In this document: positions 62,973-64,000 of the stretch, piece after piece
Layout of the letters: every line of letters begins with the position of its first letter
How positions within the stretch are numbered: position 1 is the first letter of the stretch
Assembly: GCA_043228905.1 (NCBI GenBank)
Contig: JBHGNT010000018.1
Location: 3,968,001-4,032,000, forward strand
From: Azolla caroliniana
Taxonomy: Eukaryota; Plantae; Polypodiophyta
Length of the DNA stretch: 64,000 bases
Reading direction: 5' to 3'
Position numbers and translations under genes: made by a program
Notes under the pieces: model-generated
Databases searched by the model: none
What the model was told of the DNA's origin: nothing
The model's input: the letters and a program-made list of their open reading frames with translations, nothing else

Positions 62973-64000
62973 AGAGGGTTGCCAAGGCGTGGGGCCAAGA
63001 CAGTCCGGACACTCGGGAAAGACCCCACAGTTGTATGATAGGTAAAATTTTTTGCTTCTCCAACAACGGAGGGTGTATGATAGTCGGCATCGTTGGCCGA
63101 GAAAAGGCAAGGGCGGAGGAGCGACTTCGAGCGTGCGGAGTTCTCGGCCCGGACGAGGAAATCAGCGGAGCCGTGGAGGCGGTCTCCTTCGACGACACCT
63201 TGGGGATGCTGAGGAAGGTAGCCGGAGAAGACCTTAACGAAGACCGGACGATACCGGTATGTTCCGAAGAGATGTACGAAGTCATCGCGAACTTCAGTCG
63301 GGGGCTCGGGTCGGATCGGATGGCCCGAGTTAGCACGAAGTACAAGACTGTGGACCGGAAGGTAAGGCCAGTCGCGGCACCCTTACCGGAGGGCAGCGAG
63401 TCCCGAATCAGAGGGGTTGCGTCGGACCCCAGCTTACGAGATCCGGTCTGCATAGGACACACCTTCACCGACGGGACACTCCGGGAGCTCAAAATCGGTG
63501 GGGGCGGGTTCTTACTACCGGTGGAGGAAGACCGGTTTCGGAGAATGCTCAAAAGGCACGGGAAAGCCTTCGCATTCTCACCGGAAGAGATCGGGTGCGT
63601 AGACCCGACAATCGTGGACCCGATGGTGATATTCACGGTACCGCATGTGCCGTGGAATCTCAAGCCGATTCCAGTACCGAGAGCTCACATCCCGAAGTTG
63701 ATGGAGCTATTGAGGCAGAAAGTTGATATGGGCATTCTCGAACCGTCGAGTGCCCCGTACTCGAACCGATGGTTTACCGTACCAAAGAAAAACGGAACAT
63801 TGCGCTTCATTCAAGACCTGCAGCCGGTCAACAGAGTGACCATTCGGAACGCAGGAATCGAACCGACCATAGATGAGTTCACGGAGGCCTTCGCCGGAAG
63901 GTCGATTTACTCGGTCGGTGATTTGTACTCGGGGTACAACCAGTTCCAGCTAGCCGTGGAGAGCAGAGACATTACGACGATGCGAACTCCCCTCGGCCTA
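62969..64000 (+). CDS. Gypsy pol (RT N-terminal part), in the -1 frame relative to gag-pro
   Basis: Open from 62969 to the window end: TKYKTVDRKVRPV, PWNLKPIPVPR, GILEPSSAPYSNRWF, SRDITTMRTPLGL. Confidence 0.88.

Larger units (their letters stand above)
60159..64000 (+). mobile_element. Ty3/gypsy LTR retrotransposon nested in the copia element (continues past the window)
   Basis: 5' LTR 60159-60802 (TGTCG...CGACA), PBS, gag with CMWCDEVGHIRKDC, protease ALVDHGSEINLM, RT PYSNRWFTVPKKNGTLRFIQDLQPVN..GDLYSGY. Confidence 0.93.

Noticed and set aside
60402-63663. Long antisense ORFs over the gypsy element
   Set aside because: Expected shadows of GC-rich coding sequence; no independent motifs.

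Overview
Eukaryotic nuclear DNA from a land plant. The PLS-type PPR gene and the Ty3/gypsy lineage suggest a non-seed plant such as a fern, which is an inference. The window opens with a ~4.4 kb higher-order tandem array of 24 tRNA-Leu(CAA) genes and pseudogenes, three of which still fold fully. Six protein genes follow: BCM1-like CAAX/CPBP protein (-), BIG BROTHER-related RING E3 ligase (+), CCB3/YGGT (+), PLS-E PPR (-), CtpA3-like protease (+), and a long-form tRNase Z (-) with a ~900-aa extra N-terminal region. Intergenic and intronic DNA holds minisatellites, hAT-type MITEs, two tRNA-Pro pseudogenes, a degraded plastid 16S fragment, and LINE and LTR remnants. The window ends in a nest: an L1 LINE, then a Ty1/copia element interrupted by a tRNA-Trp-primed gypsy element with an apparent -1 gag-pro/pol frameshift. 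Exon boundaries were read by eye from splice sites and remembered homologues; no database searches were run.
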